NCBI GenBank assembly: GCA_965204735.1
Contig: OZ242008.1
Coordinates: 2,016,001 to 2,080,000 of the forward strand
DNA from: Longimicrobiales bacterium
GTDB lineage: Bacteria; Gemmatimonadota; Gemmatimonadetes; Longimicrobiales; Gaopeijiaceae
Direction: 5' to 3'
DNA length: 64,000 nucleotides
Made by a program: the position numbers and the translations under genes. Positions 59,632 to 64,000 of this stretch are shown here, piece after piece (position 1 is the first letter of the stretch; each line of letters opens with the position of its first letter). A model generated the notes under the pieces. That model saw only the letters and a program-made list of their open reading frames with translations. It did no database searches and was not told where the DNA came from.

Positions 59632-59924
59632 TGGCCATGACGGTGGTCGTGACGAGAGACGTGGAAGCCCGCTACCGTGGCTTCTTGGCGTCCGCGATGC
59701 TCGAGATCGCTCCGGGAGTCTACGTCGCGCCGACGCTGTCGAAGGCCGTCCGGGACCGCATCTGGGATGTCATGGAAAAGTGGTACACATTCTTGGGCCG
59801 AGGCTCGGTGTCAATGGCGTGGCGAGACAGTGCGATGCCCGGTGGACTCAGCCTGCTGTTCCTGGGCGAGCCGCCAAAGGAGATTTGCAACGCCGACGGC
59901 GTTCTGCTGGTGAAGAGGCTGTAG
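59631..59924 (+). CDS. cas2: Cas2 (type I-E)
   Basis: MTVVVTRDVEARYRGFL...LEIAPGVYV...RDRIW...DGVLLV. Confidence 0.95.
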   Translation: MAMTVVVTRDVEARYRGFLASAMLEIAPGVYVAPTLSKAVRDRIWDVMEKWYTFLGRGSVSMAWRDSAMPGGLSLLFLGEPPKEICNADGVLLVKRL

Positions 59925-59980
59925 TAGGGGGGCTCATTTCTGGCTGATGTATATAGAGGAACGTGACAGCACTGTAAAGA
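59925..59980 (+). promoter_or_regulatory. CRISPR leader (short, AT-richer)
   Basis: 56 nt between the cas2 stop and the first repeat; contains gatgtatataga. Confidence 0.7.
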
Positions 59981-62900
59981 GGCTTCCCCGTGTGGGCGGG
60001 GATAGACCACTTGAATGTGATCTCGACGAGCTTGCGGTCGCGGCTTCCCCGTGTGGGCGGGGATAGACCGCTGCACGCCTCCGGGCTGCCCGAGTAGACC
60101 GGGGCTTCCCCGTGTGGGCGGGGATAGACCGTTGTCGCCGTGGCGGATCATCGCGTCACCACCGGCTTCCCCGTGTGGGCGGGGATAGACCGCCCAAGTC
60201 GTCGGGCTGGTTGGGACAGCCGTTGGCTTCCCCGTGTGGGCGGGGATAGACCCGCCCGCCGCCTGGCCAAGGCGCGCGCGCGATGGGCTTCCCCGTGTGG
60301 GCGGGGATAGACCTCCGTCGTGGGTGGGACAGGGCATCGCCCACGAGGCTTCCCCGTGTGGGCGGGGATAGACCCAGCCAGTCCTCCGCCACATCGGCAA
60401 TCGCGGTGGCTTCCCCGTGTGGGCGGGGATAGACCCATGCAAAGGCGCGGATCAATGTCTTCCCCCTGGGCTTCCCCGTGTGGGCGGGGATAGACCGCGT
60501 GGCGCGATGCGGAGAGCATCGGCATCCACGGCTTCCCCGTGTGGGCGGGGATAGACCTGATCGAGTACCCTGTGACCGCGCGCGGCACGAGGCTTCCCCG
60601 TGTGGGCGGGGATAGACCGGCGTCGGACATGGACGAGGACGGCTGGGGCCGGGCTTCCCCGTGTGGGCGGGGATAGACCCAGGCCGTCGGGCATCGCTTC
60701 AGGCCAGGCAGCGGCTTCCCCGTGTGGGCGGGGATAGACCTGGACCCCGTGGACCGGCAGGAGGCGAACATCGGGCTTCCCCGTGTGGGCGGGGATAGAC
60801 CGTAGCGCGCGCTGAACCGTGCGGCCGCGACGGCGGCTTCCCCGTGTGGGCGGGGATAGACCCCAGCGTCGCGCCAGGCTCACGGCGCGGCTCGTGGCTT
60901 CCCCGTGTGGGCGGGGATAGACCCAAGGCGCGACCGACGGCGGCGCCGATGAGTTCGGCTTCCCCGTGTGGGCGGGGATAGACCGAGGACGAGATGACTG
61001 GACGGACCGAGACCCTGGGCTTCCCCGTGTGGGCGGGGATAGACCGCGGATCGCGTCACGCAGCGACCGCCGCACCGTGGCTTCCCCGTGTGGGCGGGGA
61101 TAGACCGGGACCCCCGACGGACCCCCGACGGGTCGGCGAGGCTTCCCCGTGTGGGCGGGGATAGACCCCGTGCGCGGGCGTGCGATCCGGACGCGGCGTA
61201 GGCTTCCCCGTGTGGGCGGGGATAGACCGTCGACGGGCGTGCAGACCTCGAGCTCTGCCCCGGCTTCCCCGTGTGGGCGGGGATAGACCGCGGTGAAGGC
61301 GGCAAGCGGGCGGGCGTACATCGGCTTCCCCGTGTGGGCGGGGATAGACCGCTCGCCTACGGGCTGACGTTCAGCGCCGCCGAGGCTTCCCCGTGTGGGC
61401 GGGGATAGACCGTGCCAGCCCTTCTTGTCCACCAGCCGCGCGCGGGCTTCCCCGTGTGGGCGGGGATAGACCCTGGAGCTTCCAACTGCGCGGCTGTCTC
61501 GCGCTCGGCTTCCCCGTGTGGGCGGGGATAGACCCTCGGTCGTGTCGCGGTGCAGGTCGTTCGGGTTGGCTTCCCCGTGTGGGCGGGGATAGACCTCCGA
61601 CCGGGCCGCGCATCTACGATCCGGACACGGCTTCCCCGTGTGGGCGGGGATAGACCGCAGGCGGCCATCGACAAGTTCGGCGCCGACGTGGCTTCCCCGT
61701 GTGGGCGGGGATAGACCGAAGACCTGGCAGTGCCCGTCGGACCGGCGGATGGCTTCCCCGTGTGGGCGGGGATAGACCCCGGCCGTTGCCGAAGCGGAAG
61801 TCGCGGGCCATGGCTTCCCCGTGTGGGCGGGGATAGACCGCGAACCAGCCAGCTGGGCATGGGGCAGTCGGTGGCTTCCCCGTGTGGGCGGGGATAGACC
61901 CTTCATCCGTCGGCGCGTGATCCGCGACCGCGAGGCTTCCCCGTGTGGGCGGGGATAGACCGCTGACCAAGGCGATGGCGACGGCGATCCGGGAGGCTTC
62001 CCCGTGTGGGCGGGGATAGACCCCCGCCTGCTCGGCGCATCGCGGAGCACGGGCCGGCTTCCCCGTGTGGGCGGGGATAGACCGTCCGTAGATCGCTGCT
62101 GCTGTGGTACCGGTACGGCTTCCCCGTGTGGGCGGGGATAGACCGTCCGTAGATCGCTGCTGCTGTGGTACCGGTACGGCTTCCCCGTGTGGGCGGGGAT
62201 AGACCCGTCCCCGGCCGAGACCGGGGCACAGGAGAGCGGGCTTCCCCGTGTGGGCGGGGATAGACCGCTTCAGATGCGCGGCGGGCGGACCGGCCCGTCG
62301 GCTTCCCCGTGTGGGCGGGGATAGACCCCAACGGAGCAGGGACTGACGGACCAGCAGGAGGGCTTCCCCGTGTGGGCGGGGATAGACCGTAGGCGGGGAA
62401 CGCCTTGGCTGCGCACCGCCGGGCTTCCCCGTGTGGGCGGGGATAGACCGCCGGGGAGGCCCGGCGTCCTCGATCCCCGACCGGCTTCCCCGTGTGGGCG
62501 GGGATAGACCCAGCGCGTCGTGGGCCTCGACCTTGGCCCAGTCGGCTTCCCCGTGTGGGCGGGGATAGACCGTAGGCGCGCCGGGGTACGCCGTGGGCGC
62601 GTGCGGCTTCCCCGTGTGGGCGGGGATAGACCCATGGAAGATGCGCCCATAAAGCTTATTGCTTGGGCTTCCCCGTGTGGGCGGGGATAGACCCGATTCG
62701 GGTCATGATGACGGACGCTCGGACCAGGCTTCCCCGTGTGGGCGGGGATAGACCATAACTCGTTTTCCTCGCCGCCGCCGCGAGACCGGCTTCCCCGTGT
62801 GGGCGGGGATAGACCCTTCGTGGGCATCACGCTTCGGTCTCCGCTGACGGCTTCCCCGTGTGGGCGGGGATAGACCCCACATCGTCATATGGGGGCCGGC

Positions 62901-63593
62901 TCCTGACGCGGCTTCCCCGTGTGGGCGGGGATAGACCTGCAGTGGGCGGCACGGGCGCGCTGAGCTACGAGGCTTCCCCGTGTGGGCGGGGATAGACACC
63001 ACGTCCCCGGCGGCAGCCTCGATGCGCACGAGGCTTCCCCGTGTGGGCGGGGATAGACCCGAGACGAACCACGCGGGCCACAGACCCCACTCGGCTTCCC
63101 CGTGTGGGCGGGGATAGACCCGGCCCGACGTGGGCGCGACGGTCGAGGTGGACGGCTTCCCCGTGTGGGCGGGGATAGACCCGCGATTCGCCTTCTACCT
63201 GGCGGCCGGCGGTCGGCTTCCCCGTGTGGGCGGGGATAGACCCTTGGCGTCCGTCGCCCGCTCGCCCCGCTTGGCGGCTTCCCCGTGTGGGCGGGGATAG
63301 ACCCTGGTCATCCCAGAGGTCGAGCCCCCGGCAAGAGGCTTCCCCGTGTGGGCGGGGATTGTTACCGGCCACTGAAAATTGCACACTTCTGGCCGTCGAA
63401 AATTGCACACTTCCGGCTCCTGACGAAGCGGTGGCGCGAGCCCCTTGGGCTGCCGTCCTCTTCGACCAGATGCGGGCGGTCGTCGTGAGCCATGGGCGAG
63501 CGACCCGGCTTCCGTGTGGGCGGGGATAGACCCGAGGGCATGCTGGACACCGAGGCTGCGGCCCGGGCTTCCCCGTGTGGGCGGGGATAGACC
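59981..63593 (+). CRISPR. type I-E CRISPR array, about 58 repeats
   Basis: 28-nt repeat GGCTTCCCCGTGTGGGCGGGGATAGACC, 61-nt period (one 62). Truncated copy at 63337, 26-nt variant at 63507, last copy 63566-63593. Hairpin CCCCGT/GCGGGG with a G-U pair; same orientation as the E. coli I-E repeat. Confidence 0.99.
63360..63506. mobile_element. IS21-family terminal remnant inserted into a CRISPR repeat
   Basis: Begins TGT; ggccNNNgaaaattgcacacttc repeated at 63367-63389 and 63391-63413; interrupts the repeat after 23 nt; no transposase present. Confidence 0.75.
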
Positions 63594-63715
63594 GTTGGCC
63601 GACGCCGCCGTGACGGCCGGGGTCGTCCGCCTCATGGGGGAGGAAGGGACCGAAGGCAGCGAGCCGGCACCGCAGGGCGATCACCACGGTGCGGGACGCC
63701 GACGCCCCCCCCCCC

Positions 63716-63826
63716 CCTAGCAGGAGACCATCTGCGGGCCGAACCCTCCGACTCAAGTCGATGCCCACCCAGCGCCGCCCAAGCTCCTGCCTAGCAGGAG
63801 ACCATCTGCGGGCCGAACCCTCCGAC
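63716..63826. repeat. 37-bp direct repeat, two copies separated by 37 bp
   Basis: cctagcaggagaccatctgcgggccgaaccctccgac at 63716-63752 and 63790-63826, starting within the end of a C13 run (63705-63717). Confidence 0.9.
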
Positions 63827-64000
63827 ACCACCACTGGAGCGATGTCACCGGAGAGGGTTATAGTAGTAGCAGGCACTCTAGCTTCCTCGCCCCTCACCCC
63901 GGCACTTCAGACGGCGGCAATGGACACCCGGCAAGTCTATCGATACGCGTTCGGCCCCAGCCGTTGTGCCTATCAGTGGCAGGTTGCACTTGCGTCCAAC

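Noticed and set aside
60009..63565. Self-targeting spacers from the main array within this window
   Set aside because: None found by eye; a computational search would be needed to exclude them.
63624..63651. Possible eroded terminal CRISPR repeat (…cctcatgggggaggaagggacc)
   Set aside because: Only about 13/28 identity and 3 nt off the expected period; not supportable.
59720..63897. Long minus-strand ORFs with repeating SIPAHTGKP / LSPPTRGS / VYPRPHGEA
   Set aside because: Translations of the CRISPR repeats, not proteins.

Overview
High-GC bacterial chromosome segment. The 16S sequence and gene content (carboxypeptidase-regulatory/plug proteins, DUF1592/DUF1552/ankyrin, DUF5916, many lipoprotein hydrolases) suggest Gemmatimonadota, but this is inference. 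The left ~38 kb is mostly housekeeping: 5' part of a 16S rRNA gene, tRNA-His, tRNA-Arg, divergent ku/ligD NHEJ pair, an SBP-HAMP-MFS trio, oligopeptidase A, two gamma-glutamyltransferases around a GlnRS-YqeY fusion, an RND efflux operon, a cold-shock gene, a peroxiredoxin and a DUF1592-DUF1552-ankyrin operon. The right ~26 kb is defence-rich: a GmrSD-like DUF262/DUF1524 gene, an Rpn nuclease with an internal SD+ATG, a Phd-VapC module, and a complete type I-E CRISPR-Cas locus with a ~58-repeat array whose distal end is interrupted by an IS21-like terminus. The top finding is an unannotated single-spacer mini-CRISPR (two degenerate repeats, canonical 8-nt handle plus 32-nt spacer) between cas3 and cas8e. 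Its spacer matches 21 of the first 23 nt of an AAG-PAM-flanked site abutting the putative -35 box of the cascade promoter, consistent with an RNA-guided autorepression (CreR/CreA-like) circuit. Start codons were chosen by hand from RBS and overlap evidence; no database searches were run.
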